Below, piece after piece: positions 38,001-52,306 of a DNA stretch of 64,000 bases. The stretch comes from Batkoa obscura (taxonomy: Eukaryota). Numbering within the stretch: the first letter of the stretch is position 1; each line of letters begins with the position of its first letter. A program made the translations under genes and the position numbers. The stretch lies in NCBI GenBank assembly GCA_030770535.1, contig JASVEC010000002.1, positions 1,116,001-1,180,000 of the forward strand, in the 5' to 3' direction. Below the pieces are notes generated by a model, which did no database searches, was not told the origin of the DNA, and saw nothing but the letters and a program-made list of their open reading frames with translations.

Positions 38001-38570
38001 ATTCAAGTTAAATGGCAAATTTCTTGGCTCTAAAGTGTATGGACTTGGATCCCTACTATTTAGCTTAAAATGAACACCACGGTGAGCAGAAATCCTTCTT
38101 AAAGGGGAAGCTAACAACTTGCCATTACTTAAACAAGGAGCTAAATTTGGGCTATTTTTAACCAAAGGAATTTTGCTTGGGGATAAATTTTTCATGATCT
38201 TTTCTTTGGGTTTCTCAAACATGACTTCAAGGCTCAATGGTGTAAAAAAGTCCTTGTTCTTCATATTCCATTTTAATTTGCTTTCTTTATTAGCTTTAAT
38301 CGTGGATTGCGATTTAATACTGTCATTTTTATTTTCATGAATGACTAAAGTTCCTCCTTCTTGCAATGTCTTTATAGCTGAGAATGAGATAGTAGTGGGT
38401 TTACCTATTGTGTTGATCTTTACAGTACCATACCCTCGTTTCTTTCTGACACTTTGATTTTTTAATTCTTCAACTTTTTCTTCACTATCTCTTTTTATTT
38501 CCTCTTCTTCTTTTGATTCTTCTTCTATCCAGTCTTCGCTTAACTCTTCAGTTTCCCATGGCTTCCTCAT
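35095..38570 (-). CDS. Cdc11/Nud1-like septation-initiation/mitotic-exit scaffold with C-terminal LRRs (multi-exon)
   Basis: N-terminal PWETEELSEDW, central MKFD...KW...EDDPF, long disordered region, then SDS22-like LRRs (LQYLDISDNKL) across several short introns. The last exon ends FPNLSKFLGKRW*. Family assignment is from motif recall. Confidence 0.7.
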
Positions 38571-38982
38571 TTTAGGGGATGTATTTATAGAATAAAATAG
38601 AACATTATTTTTTTACTGTTTTTTTACTAAACAATATTTATAGCTAAGCCTTATTGGCTGGTTCGAACCATTTTATAAATGGATAAATTTTGGTTGTATT
38701 AATTTATAAATTGAAGTTTATTCTTATTCCTTCGGTCTTACAAAGTTAAAACAACCAAAAAATACAATATCCTTGTTAAATAGCTCAACTATTGTAAAAT
38801 TATTCAAAATGCTCAAATGCTCAATCTTCCAAAATTCCCAATATATTTTTACCTATTATTGTATAATTACAGCTATTTATGCCATTTTTTTAAATAATTC
38901 CTACCTTCCCATAACTCTAGAGCCTGATAAAATCACCAAAAATCCAACTTAATAAGTAACTTTTAGAAATACTCTTTAACAT

Positions 38983-39063
38983 GGGGATGTTTTTTGAAAT
39001 TTTATTAGTAATTTTTCGACCCAAATAACATTTAAAATCAAAAAAGTAATCAAAAAAAATCCT
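38983..39063. mobile_element. Degenerate MITE
   Basis: GGGGATGT start and recognisable core. Confidence 0.65.
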
Positions 39064-39391
39064 TATATGATTGAAATTATACTGCCATATCAACAATGAC
39101 TTAAACTTGTATTAGTAGAAAGTTGATTTGAGATTATAATTTAAGTTTATTAAAATTATTAACCTATTTTAGCTGAATTTTTAATTCCTAAGAATATTTT
39201 TATGCTGTTTATTTTAAATCAGATATATTTTAATATTTATATTTAAGGTTGTTTATTTTTAGTTTAAAAAGCTTTTAAAATCAAAAGAAAAAATATAAAA
39301 GTTGTTAAATTTAAGGTTTTTATGAAAATATAAGAATGTCTAAATTCTAATTTTTTATCCGATTTTTGGAAATTTTGTATTTTAAAGATAT

Positions 39392-39720
39392 GGGGCTGTC
39401 CTAATTGGTTTCAAAATTTACTTAGAAATCAATCCAAATTTTAAAATTTTAAATTTGTGTCTAATATGACGGCTAAATCAAAAAGCTTAAAGTTAAATCT
39501 CTCTATTTAAAACTTATTTTAATTGTTTCCTTTTCTTAAATAGCTAATTTTCCTAACTATATGGGGATGTATTTTTATGTTTAAGAATTTTACTAATAAT
39601 TTTTCCACTCAAATAGCGCTTAAAAGATAGAAAAAGTAATGAAGCTAAAAAAAACACACCTATATGTTTTACGTTAATTCTGTTAGATATTTAACAGATA
39701 TGTAATATATAAAACTATAT
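39392..39720 (+). repeat. Inverted duplicate (329 bp) of the transposon left end, including a MITE
   Basis: Appears to be an exact reverse complement of 41323-41651. Confidence 0.92.
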
Positions 39721-41651
39721 GGGGTTGTCTGAATTAGTTTCATTATTTTATCCAATCTTTGAAAAATTTTGTATTTTAAAAACTTCGCTTAAAATTATAT
39801 AAAATCATATCTTTTATTAAAATAAAAGTACCCAAACACAGTTCTAAATCATTCTATTATAGTTTATCCCGTAAGTTAGTTGAATTTCTACTAGATCTTA
39901 AATACATGTTCTTATAAAGCTTAATTGAGAAATATTTATTATCAACCGCTTTATAACCAACATTGTAGATTTATTATCAAATAAATAAACTATTTTAATG
40001 TTATAATTACATTATTAATATATTGCCAAGTTAATAAATAGCTGCATGGGAGGGAGTGGTTAGCCCCAAAACTATAATTAACCATCCCTATATAGTACAA
40101 GTAATAATAGTTTTACATATTATTACAGTTACTTGTTCTTTGACCATTTATTAACTTAGCTATTAATAACTTAAGTAATCCTAACATTTAACAATCTATT
40201 TCTATCATCTAACAATCTATTTCTATCATTTAACAATCTATTTCTATCATTCAACAAACTACTTACTTGCTTAGCAAATATCCAAAATTTAAAATTCTCT
40301 GTTATCTTCGTAAGGTAAGCTGGAATTGATCTTTTAGTTTTTCTGTTTTCTATAGACTCTATAACTTTAATTGGAACTATATCGCTTTTTTTTGATGTAT
40401 CAGATACTGGATAACAATGTAGTTTATTGTTATGTTTAATAAAGTGTAAATACTTCTTAATGCCCTGCATCTCTATTATTCTTTTTGTATTTTTGTTTCT
40501 TTTATACTTTTTAAAAATTATGTCTGTTTTCCCATTATTAACAGTCGAGTTATTAATTTTATTATGCTCGCAAATAAAAGTCTCAAATCTTGAAATTAAT
40601 TGATCGATATCTTCTATTTTACCTAATGCTTCAAAACTACTTTTCCATTTTGAAAGGTTTCCAATATGACCATCAACTATACTTTTTCCATGATACTCAG
40701 CAAAAAAATTAAGATTAACATTCAAACTACTATTTATTTTATGAATTTCTTTAAACATATAGTGTAGAAACTCTTGGGATCCAAAATGATTTCCTGTATC
40801 TGCCCATACATTATATATTGATTTTTGTAAACTTTTTAAATAGAAGCTCTGTAGAGATCAAATTGATTAAACAATCTCCTGCATATGGGAGTGTTTTTTT
40901 TGGCTTCATTACTTTTTCTATTTTTTAAGCACTATTTGAGTGGAAAATTTGTTGGTAAAATTCATAAACACAAAAATACAACCTCATATCTTTTTTTTGT
41001 TTTGTTTTATTATAGAATTCCATAAACCCTGGGTTGTTATAAGTAGCTCTTAAAATTGATGTAAATGAACTACAATGTTTATATTGTGTACTCTTCCCTA
41101 TTTATTGTATTGAAGTTTTGAAAGATTACATTTTGAAATTTAGTTATAAAAGTCTGCATTTTATTTTTATTTCAACAAAAAATAAAGTCAAATAAGTGTA
41201 TTTATATAATTATATAATCATATGGGGATGTATTTTTGTGTTTAAGGATTTTACTAACAAATTTTCCGCTTAAATAGCGCTTAAAAGGAGGAAAAAGTAA
41301 TGAAATCAAAAAAATCATCCCCATATAGTTTTATATATTACATATCTGTTAAATATCTAACAGAATTAACGTAAAACATATAGGTGTGTTTTTTTTAGCT
41401 TCATTACTTTTTCTATCTTTTAAGCGCTATTTGAGTGGAAAAATTATTAGTAAAATTCTTAAACATAAAAATACATCCCCATATAGTTAGGAAAATTAGC
41501 TATTTAAGAAAAGGAAACAATTAAAATAAGTTTTAAATAGAGAGATTTAACTTTAAGCTTTTTGATTTAGCCGTCATATTAGACACAAATTTAAAATTTT
41601 AAAATTTGGATTGATTTCTAAGTAAATTTTGAAACCAATTAGGACAGCCCC
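39721..41651 (-). mobile_element. Internally deleted Sola-like transposon copy carrying three MITEs
   Basis: Right TIR GGGGTTGTCTG at 39721, left TIR at 41651, both flanked by ATAT. Contains the C-terminal transposase ORF 40171-40758. Confidence 0.9.
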
Positions 41652-42784
41652 ATATGTTTTGGTCAATAAAGTATGTAAATATACTTACTTTACTATACAC
41701 AACTCAGTTCTTGGAAACACTAGCCTTAAATTAGGCTTTTTAATATATCCCTAGCAATTTGCATTTTATTAATAACGAAAATCGAAGATAAACTAAGAAA
41801 TTATTCATTAACAAAACCGGCGGACTCTATATAGTTAGTTAGAGCTTGTGAATAACAATTGATTATTTTATTATGCCCCAAATTACATTTTTCTTGATGG
41901 TAAGGGGGATAGTCCTTTAACAAAACTTAAAGGTAGATTAAAATGTATAGCTCTTGCTCTTTCTAAAAGGACTTTATTTGTTGAATGTTTGTTAAGTTTT
42001 TAATCTTTGTAAAAACAAGTCCAGATTTATTGATTTATTATTTAGACTTTGAACCTTTGTTTTGATGACAAAACAATGTAAAATTTTTTTAGCTATTTTT
42101 GAAAAAACAACAATGGGAAATGAATGATCCCGACCTATTTTAATAAAAGTTGTACAAGATGGTTTCTTCTTTTATTATCTATGGATAATTAATATTCTTC
42201 CCCGTACATATTTTTTGATTTCATTGCTTTTTCTATCTTTTGAGCACTATTTAAGCGGAAAGATTGTTAGTAAAATTGTTAAACGTAGTGTATCTCCAAA
42301 TATTCAAAAAACCGCTGGTAAAAAATAAGAACAATTTACTAAAAGGATACAAATTTAAATCAAAAAGTCAAATTAAAACTGTCGCTCACAAACAGTGGGG
42401 TTTATTAGCATTGATAGAGGGACAAAAAAACATTAAAGAGGGTTCCATGGGATTAAAAAGGTGTTAATTAATAAACACAGAAAAAAAAAGAAAAAAAGGA
42501 TAGAGAAGTTGAAAAAGTTATTATAATACACCATTCTTTTCCTTTACATTAAATTCAATAAAACGAATACACTATCATTAATATATATAACAATAATAAG
42601 AACTCTAAGAACGTCCCCCAAGGAAGGAGCGAATGTGGGTGTGGAAAGTTTGTAGTATTAAACTTAAAAGAGAAAAGCAACAGTTGATAATCTGAGTATT
42701 ATCAAGTATCATTATTATGTCTCTTAATGAACGCTTTAAAGCTCATCATACTAAGAAGTTAAATTACAAAAAAATTATTATATT

Positions 42785-43018
42785 GGGATATGTATTTTTT
42801 GCTTAAGAATTTCACTAACAATCTTTCCGTTCAAATAAGCGCTTAAAAATGTAAATGAAATCAAAAAATATAAACATCCCCCATTTTAAATTTATCGTTT
42901 TTTGACTATCATTTTGGGGATGTTTTTTTTAGTTTAATTAAATTACTTTTTCCATCTTTTAAGCATTATTTGAGTGGAAAGACTGTTTGGTAAAATTCTT
43001 AAACAAAAATGCATTCCC
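42785..43018. mobile_element. Two adjacent MITEs (42785-42882, 42916-43018)
   Basis: Family consensus, diverged. Confidence 0.75.
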
Positions 43019-43948
43019 TATGTATTTGGTATTTGATAAACTTAGGATATAACTATAATTAGATTAAAGTTTTTAAGCTTGGTTAAACAAGCCGTTTTTT
43101 CAAATGTTAATTAATCGGCATAAAATGAGTCAATCTGATATCAATGTCACAGATAGATTCAAATACTAAAATTGGGACATATGGTACTCAAAAGGCTAAT
43201 GATTATACTTTCAATTAAAAATAGGTCATACTCCAAATTAAACTTCTGATATTAAGTTAAACTACAAAAAGCCATATTAAAATTCATAGTTCAACTACTA
43301 TCATTACATAAAAATGTGAATATTTTATTTATAATTTCATTATGTTCGATAAAATCAATATTAGTATCATTTAAATATTTTTGGACTAGTTTGTCTCCCA
43401 TTGGTAAATTGATTATTATATGTGTTTAGTATACTGATACTAATACTAATATCATTTTTGTTTATAGTAGTGTCTACTTCATATTATTAAATTAGGATTT
43501 CTGAATAATAACAAAATTTAAAAATGTTTTATCTTAAAGCCTATTTATTATATTGATAACAACCACTTATGCATTATAAATACTTGGATTTTATGTTTAT
43601 TACACTAATACATACTCCTTTCAAGAATTTTAGTATTAAAAGTAGATTTAAACCCACCTCAGATGACTCTAGAGGCCTAATTTTACTATAATTGTATTTT
43701 TTTCTTTACTTTAATGGCTCAAAAGTACACCTCCCCTTTGGTAATTAAACACTGCTTTAAATTTGCTTCTTTTAGCTTCTTTATAATAAAAACATTGCTA
43801 TAAAATTTTGAGTCTCAAACTTTTAATTTTACTAACCTAATTACAGCTCTACTTACAAGCTTAACTCGTAACAACTTTTGAATTTAGTTCTTTCTTTAGC
43901 TTTTTTTGACCCAAAATCTCCTGAGGTTTTGCTATGAATCTAATATAT

Positions 43949-44045
43949 GGGAATGTATTTTTTTGTTTAAGAATTTACTCCAATTTTTCCATTCAAATAG
44001 TGCTTAGAAAATGGAAAAGTAATGGAAATCAAAAAAACATCCTCC
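43949..44045. mobile_element. MITE
   Basis: ATAT TSDs. Confidence 0.82.
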
Positions 44046-46837
44046 ATATACTATTTAAATAAACATGGGAACATCTGTCAGCTACGCTTTTATAACTTTG
44101 AGAAATTCGAAAACTTTAAAAGCAACTTTTTGATCCGTTTTGAACTTGCTTTTTAGCTTCTTCTTTGGCTTTGAATAATATTCATAAGCTTAAACCTTAA
44201 TCTTAGTTTTAGTACCTCTGATCCAATGTTTTAAAAAATTAATTTTAACTTTTAAGTATTCGATAAAAAATATATATGATCGTTATTCTTAGAAAGGAAA
44301 CATTATTATAATTAAATCGTAATAGTAAGAACCGTTTTTAAAATATATTAAGCCTTTAAGTTGTAACAGAAGACACACATGCCACATTTAATAATCGCCT
44401 AATTTATGAAAAATGCTTTGATGGAAAAACAACCAAATAATAAATCATTCGTAGATCGCTAGCATTTTGAATCAAAATCTTATTAAAAGTCACTTAATTC
44501 ATTAAAATGCCGTTATTAGTACATTTATTTGTATGGTTTCCATCCATGTAAAACCTTCGGAAATACGTAGAGATCTTAGATGACTAGAGGTCATCTATAA
44601 TATAATATGGTATCAGGTTACCGGTTGTTTTTAATTTATAATTTTTTTTTAAAAATAGACTAAAGAGCTTTACCCCAAATGAATACCAAGCACAGTTCTA
44701 GAGATTTAATGGCTAGTTTAGCTAAAAAATAGAATTAATCTAATGCTGGTTGGTTGGTACAAAGATTTTAGCTAAGGTAATAAATTAAAACTAAATCAAC
44801 CTAGTTAGTTAACTTTATGAAGTGAACTTGTGAGATTTTAGATTCATTTATAAAGAAAGGGGGAGTAAAAGTGTTGGAGAGGGAATAAAATCAAAGTTGT
44901 TTTAGTACTAATACACATTGAAACAAACCAATTTTATTTAAATCCAATTGCATTTAAAGCATTTGATTTGTTAATGCAAAACTATGTTTTAAATTGAGCT
45001 TAAATTTTGCTGGATTATCAATTTGATTTGAAATTTCAACAATTGATTTAAAAACCGCTGTTTGAGAACTAGTGCTTATTTTTTGTTTTAATTATTTTAT
45101 AAAATAAATTTAAACTTACAAGTTTAAATAGCTAAAAGTTTATAAAAAATGAAACCAGTACAAAATTGAAAACAATCACTAGCTCAAAAATTACCTATCT
45201 AAATAAAACCGTTAATCGAATACAACAATATCATTAAATGTATAGTATATTAAAAACTTATAAGCTAAACTAATAAGTAGGCTATTTTAAAAACCCCCAA
45301 ACTTAGTTTGATAATACTAATTAATAGGAGATTTTTGGCAAAATTATTGGAAAAAAAATCCATGAAATGAAAATAAAAAGTAATAATATAGTATATAGAA
45401 TAATACCAAATTCTCAAATAATAGCATATGAAATCTGGTAAGATAAAGTAGAAACAATTTTTCGTAAGGAGCTGTTATAAGCTAACCATTAAAAATGCTT
45501 TTGCTAACTCTTTTTTATACTAAATGTGGCTCAATTTTTATTGTTTCCTATTTATAGTTCTGGAGACATTTATTTATAAAGCTAAGCTGATTCTACATAA
45601 AACTGTTTAACTTACTATAATCCTCTTACTTATACCTTATTTTTAGTCAAAACTGCCTTATAATTTTTCGTTTTATCATAAAAGTTTTTGTAGATTATTC
45701 TATTACTGGCTACTTTTTTCTTATTTTGTTATCTTCAGCACCTAAACTTAACTCTCTCTTAACCACAGCCATTGGAACTAAAAGCATTACCCCCCTATCC
45801 ACACCTTTTATCTGCAAAAACAGCTCACATCTCTACTGATTCTTATAAAAATTTTATATAATGAAAGCCTATTTTGAAAAAATATGAAATCACGTCTCCC
45901 CTTCCCCATCTATGTAAAGATCCATCCTATATATTTAACATGATACATGTGCTGTGTTCTTCCAATTTCTTTAATTTAATAAACTTTTAAAAATAAGGCT
46001 ACTACAATGGTGTAATTATACACAGTCAACTATTTTTTTATAGTTGAAACCTCCGCTTTGAATACAAATGCTAACAATTTCTATAGTTTGTACCTCGTAA
46101 AATAGCACAAAAGACTAAAAAAATATGATTAATATTAAGTAAATCTCTTGCTATTGGTTTAATTGAATTCTTATGATATCATCATCTGGTAACCAAATGA
46201 AAGAAAGAGGCAAAATCAAACTCAGATTCCTAAAAGTTGATAAATAAAACGGAGCTTTCGATTTTCAAAAAAAGTAAACCAAGAGACATGAGGTGGTTCC
46301 TTATCTCGCTTTCTGTTTTATTCCGATCCTCAAATCTATCTGAAAAAGGTTCCAAGTTCCTCGAATTTCTCTAAATCGCTCAAGTATATAAAACTAGCTC
46401 TCCCTACTATGTGATATCTAATAAAGCCAAGTCAACAAACTGGAGATCTTTATAATTCAAAAAAAAGTTATCTCATGAAATAAAAATTTTCTATAGTATC
46501 ACTTTTTTGAACTTTATATAATTGAACTAATTTAGAACTTATAAATTAATGAATAAAATTTTTTGATAAATTCCTAGAACAAAAGAATGAAAAGTTTTAA
46601 TCAAGTTTTAATTTTTAAATATGGGGGGATTTTTGTTTGATGATTTTCCCAATAATTCTTCCTGCTCCAAATAAATACGATTAAAAAATGGAAAAAGTAC
46701 GAACTAAAAAAACATCCTCAAATTTTTATACTACGTTGGATTTAAATAATAATTAATAATTTCGATGTATCAAATTTTGAGAGCAGACCCCTTTTACTTT
46801 CAATTTAATGAGCCACTACTTAATCAGTAAACAGAAG

Positions 46838-48471
46838 AGAGATGTTCGAGTCAGTTTCAGAGTTTAGCTAAAAAGTAATCCAAATATTAAGTTTTTAAAT
46901 TTATAAGTCCTCAACATAACATCAACATCTATGATTAGATTTAAAAAGCTCAAAATTAAATTTCTTCATTTAAAAACTTATTTATAATCATATTTTTTTT
47001 AATAATTATGTATTTGTGCTATTTTCATTAAATCCCTAATAACAGACATAATATATGTATTATATAGTTATTTTACTTTATTTTATTTTATTTTTACTAA
47101 AAAGAAGACAGGCTTTTGGTTTTTATAACTAAATTTTAATATAATAAAGAAAAGCATATAATATAAATATTGTGATTTATATTACTTTCAACTATTTTAT
47201 TTATATATTAACCCAGAGGAGTTTATGGAATCTTATAATAATAAGAATTGGGGGAGTATTTTTTTGACTTCATTATTTTTTCCATTTTTAAGTGCTATTT
47301 AAGCGGAAAATTTGTTAGTAAAATCCTTTAGGCACAAAAATACATCCCCAATATATATTTAAACAAGTTCATAAAACAAATGGAGATGTGTTTTTATGTT
47401 TAAGAATTTTATCAATAGTTTTTCCACTCAAATAGCGCTTAAAAGATGGGAAAAAGTGATAAAGCCAAAAAGACATCCTCAAATAATAGCTTATTGATTT
47501 GATTCTTTTACTTTAAGCATCATGAAAAAAGTATAGTTGATGGACATTTTGGAAACCTTTCAAAATGGAAAAGTAGTTTTGAAGCATTAGGTAAAATAGA
47601 AGATATCGATCAATTAATTTCAAGATTTGAGACTTTTATTTGTGAGCATAATAAAATTAATAACTCGACTGTTAATAATGGGAAAACAGACATAATTTTT
47701 AAAAAGTATAAAAGAAACAAAAATACAAAAAGAATAATAGAGATGCAGGGCATTAAGAAGTATTTACATTTTATTAAACATAACAATAAACTACATTGTT
47801 ATCCAGTATCTGATACATCAAAAAAAAGCGATATAGTTCCAATTAAAGTTATAGAGTCTATAGAAAACAGAAAAACTAAAAGATCAATTCCAGCTTACCT
47901 TACGAAGATAACAGAGAATTTTAAATTTTGGATATTTGCTAAGCAAGTAAGTAGTTTGTTGAATGATAGAAATAGATTGTTAAATGTTAGAAATAGATTG
48001 TTAAATGTTAGGATTACTTAAGTTATTAATAGCTAAGTTAATAAATGGTCAAAGAACAAGTAACTGTAATAATATGTAAAACTATTATTACTTGTACTAT
48101 ATAGGGATGGTTAATTATAGTTTTGGGACTAACTACTCCCTCCCATACAGCTATTTATTAACTTGGCAATATATTAATAGTGTAATTATAACATTAAAAT
48201 AGTTTATTTATTTGATAATAAATCTACAATGTTGGTTATAAAGTAGTTGATAATAAATATTTCTCAATTAAGCTTTATAAGAACATGTATTTAAGATCTA
48301 GTAGAAATTCAACTAACTTACGGGATAAACTATAATAGAATGATTTAGAACTGTGTTTAGGTACTTTTGTTTTAATAAAAGATATGATTTTATATAATTT
48401 TAAGCGAAGTTTTTAAAATACAAAATTTTTCAAAAATTGGATAAAATAATGAAACTAATTTAGACAACCCC
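46838..48471 (+). mobile_element. Sola-like transposon copy with degenerate 5' half and well-preserved 3' half
   Basis: Decayed left end at ~46838, two MITEs, transposase C-terminus 47520-48021, right TIR ...AGACAACCCC at 48471. Confidence 0.8.
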
Positions 48472-48694
48472 ACATGTAATTTTGGTTTTTTCATTTGAGA
48501 AATCAAAAAATACATAAAATATAATATCATCTTACCCAGTAGTATAGTCTTTTACAAAGGCTACGGATTTATATTTTTCTCTTAAAACCAAACCCCTCCT
48601 CTCTCTTTTGCTCTAATAAATTTACCATATTGGAGTTTGTTTCTGTTGTATTAAATTTCAATAATAGGTCCCATTATCTAAAATTCCAAAATAT

Positions 48695-48790
48695 GAGGAT
48701 ATTTTTGGTTTCATTAGTTTTTACATTTTCTAAGCACTATTTGAGTGGAAAGATTGTTAGTAAAATTCCTAAATACAAAAATATATCCCT
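48695..48790. mobile_element. MITE
   Basis: ATAT TSDs. Confidence 0.82.
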
Positions 48791-49129
48791 ATATCTAAAA
48801 CCTTAGAGTTTATCCGCACTTAATTAATGGATTAATCCCAGCTATAGCAGTAAGTTGTTTAACGTTATGCCTTTTCTTTTTCCTCACGAATTCCTTTTTT
48901 TATCTGTAAGCCTATTATTTTTATTTATTTTAATTTGCTAATTTATTATTGCTATTATTATTTTACTGTGTATGTCCACGTTTTTAAAATCCTTAATTGT
49001 TTGATTGATTTTACTTATAACTTTATTTCAAGGCTGCTCTCTATAAGGTAATTCTATAATCCTATAATGAGCTAACTTTTTTTTGTCGCTTACGCCACAA
49101 AATTAGCTGTGGTGACCAGCTACTACTGT

Positions 49130-50770
49130 AAGATTGGTTTTTGCAAGTCAGGTTCCCTCTTAACTTATTACATTACAATTTTCATTTTTTATACCAAAAG
49201 GTGTTTTTTTAAATATCTAACTTGTTTGGGGTTCAAATTGAATAAATTTTCAAAAACTATTCAACTAAGATTTGAGTCAATCCAACTCCTTGAATAAAAA
49301 TAAACCACTGAATAATTATACTATTATTAAGTCTGATTGACAACAATACGTTTAAACCAAGCTATAAATGAAATTGGTTTTTAAAAACAACAAAAGTTTA
49401 TCAATATAAAGCTATATACCTAGCTATCTTATCATCAGAATAAAATATAACTTATTCTGCAGAAAAAAAACAAAGCTACTTTTGTACTTGGGGTTGGGAT
49501 TTCAAAGAATGTTTAATGTTGAAAAAAAGTAGAACATACGGATGGGGGATATTTTTTTTGGTTTCATTATTTTTTAAGCACTTGATCAGCGGAAAAACTG
49601 TTAGTAAAATTCTTAAGCACAAAAAAATATCTTCCATATGATAATCTAAAACTTAAAAATAAATTCATTAGAAAAGGAAGTTAAAAGTGAAATTACTATA
49701 GATAAAGTTATAGATGATATAAATAATAACTATCAAAGGAAGAACTGAACTATAGATATCGGACGTAAGAGTACAAAATAATGGTCTTCAAAAATTTCTA
49801 GTAAAAGCACAAAATCAAGCGAAAATCAAAAGCTACGAAGATTTAAGACGTAAAAAGCAACAATAAAAAAGAATCGAGGGAGTTTATATTTAAAGCATGT
49901 ATTAATTAATAAAAATAGTACTTTACTGGCCTTTAGAAAAATTAAAGGATCAGATAAGCATGGGAAAAAATTATCAATATCAATAATAAGTCCAATTAAA
50001 AATCAAAATGGATATTTTTATAAAGTGGTTGTTGCTGGAACTCCTAAAAATTGGAATGATAAATAAAAATATTATTATTATTAAATCAAACCATCAACTT
50101 TTTATCCAGCTAAATCAAAGCAGAAAACCAAGGAGGAATTGATCTTTATATGTAAGTATTTGTGTTCATATTTTGATAGATATACCATAATAGGTTTCTC
50201 GATGGTTTGTTTTGAAGAAAAAGGTGAAAAAGATTCGAAGAAATGAAAAACCTGGGTCAAAAGTATTAGAGTTGTCTCAACACAAATTCCTTTTTATGTT
50301 TTGCGGAATCATATTCTAATGTACTTAGACTAATATAGGTCATAGCTCAACTTATTACAAATATACAAAAAGTTTGTTTCATCATGTGGATCAATGAATG
50401 TCGTAAAACATTTTGTGGTGACATTTATAATCCCAACAAAATCAAGTCAAAAGCCAAACCAGATTGACTTGTTAGACAATATTTACATGCGATAAATTAG
50501 TATTAAACAGTATTTATGTTGAATAAGTAAAAAAATATAAAAAGTGTAATTTTATTAAGTTTTCTATTTTTGATACATATTATTTAATGATAGTTTATTT
50601 TTCAAATAATTGGATTGATTCAAATTTTAGTTGAGCAGTAAAGCTTTTGAAAATTCTATTAAACTTAAACCCTAAACAGTTAGATATTTAAAAAAACACC
50701 TTTTGGTTTGTATTGGTATAGAAAATGAAAATTATAATATTAAAAGGAATCTCAAGCGAAAAAATCTTAT
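49130..50770. mobile_element. Old degenerate element with long imperfect inverted repeats
   Basis: ~49130-49310 aligns to the reverse complement of ~50590-50770 (e.g. ACCAAAAGGTGTTTTTTTAAATATCTAAC). The interior looks like decayed coding sequence. Confidence 0.55.
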
Positions 50771-52208
50771 TGCTTATGGTAAACTAAAAGTAATGTTCTC
50801 AACTATAATATCAGGTCTTAGTCTTTGAAAAAGCTATTTGAATAACCAATAAAAAGTATCTAACGCTAGATTCTTAGTGATTATAAAATAGAATTGAAGT
50901 AACTGCTTTATTATGTAGCGAGGTAAAAGAGTAAAAGATTAAAATTGTAAACTCAAATAATTACTACTAAAAATTTTATAAAATGAAACAACCATTCTGT
51001 ATATTAGCCCTCTATGGGATGGGGTGCCTATTTTTTGTTTAAATCAAAAAGATCCAGAAGATTACTTTATAAATTAACTTGTAATATCGATAGTTTTAAT
51101 ATAGTAAACCCTTGGAGTTAGTGAGTTAGTGAGCGATATACATCTATTAATAAACACATCTAATAAAGTAAATTTTGGAAAAAATGATTTTTTACTAAAA
51201 GTAGATAAATAGGGTAGTGATATTTAATTTTGATGAAGAAAATAATGGATTTTTGTTCAATATAAATAATCCGTCCTATCAAGGTTCATTATTTATTTAT
51301 TCTCTATTAAAATATTATTTGTAAATTGAGAGATCATTAACAAACACTATTCCAAATTGATTTTCAAATAGGAGACCCCCTCTCTTCCGATTGACCCAAT
51401 GGGAGTCAATTTCCAGAATAGCGCTTTTATTAATGAAAAATAAGATTGTTAATGTCCATGTTGGCTTATTCATTGACCCAAAGGTCTAATATAATAACTA
51501 AAATCTTATCTGTAATTTTAATTTAATGCTAATGACCCATTGTTAATGATTTATTGTTTTCTTTAAAACAGTATTTATATGATTATTAACCTATGTACTT
51601 GGTGGTAAAATCTAATTAGACAGACAAATTCTTTAATTGAATCCGTTTTAAAAATAGGCTTTTATCAAGCTCCTATTATAACAGCACTTTTTACCATCAC
51701 CTCTTTTTTTGTGATCCCATTTAAAGTTTATAGAAGTTAAGTAAGAAGGTGAGGGTGGTTGGTTTGGTTTGGTTAAGAATTATTTAGACTGTATTATTTA
51801 TTAAAGCTGAATTAAACAGACAAGTTACATTTAGATTAGGGTTAAAGTAGTTAAATTTAAAGTCAGGGCAATGTATTAATTACAAAATACATTTTTAGTT
51901 CTATATTTTTGTAACAGCTGGAAATATTTTCTTCTGCAAATAATAATAGTAAAGAGTATCATTAAAAAAAATTACGATCGAAAAAATTTGTTTTTATAAA
52001 GCCTCAATTAGAAGCAAAGTCTATGAAAAACGATGTTAATAGCTAATTTTTATTGGCATTTTTAAACTTTAATTTTCTTTAAAAACTAAATACTTTATAG
52101 AAGGTAAATTTACTGTTGTAACCCATTATCATGAAATTACAAAATCTATGTATAACATTTTTAAGCAAAACCCCTAATTTTGACTTTTCCCTTTTTGTAC
52201 AATGATAT

Positions 52209-52306
52209 GGGGATGTATTTTTGTGTTTAAGGATTTTACTAACAAATTTTCCGCTTAAATAGCGCTTAAAAATGGAAGAAATAATGAAGTCAAAAAAAAC
52301 ACTCCC
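52209..52306. mobile_element. MITE
   Basis: ATAT-GGGGATGT...CACTCCC-ATAT. Confidence 0.9.

Noticed and set aside
42717..43250. Host gene starting MSLNERF interrupted by MITEs
   Set aside because: No continuous frame can be rebuilt after removing the MITEs; too decayed to call.
51360..51395. FQIGDPLSS resembling the LINE reverse-transcriptase QGDPLSP motif
   Set aside because: Immediately followed by a stop, with no other RT motifs in frame nearby.
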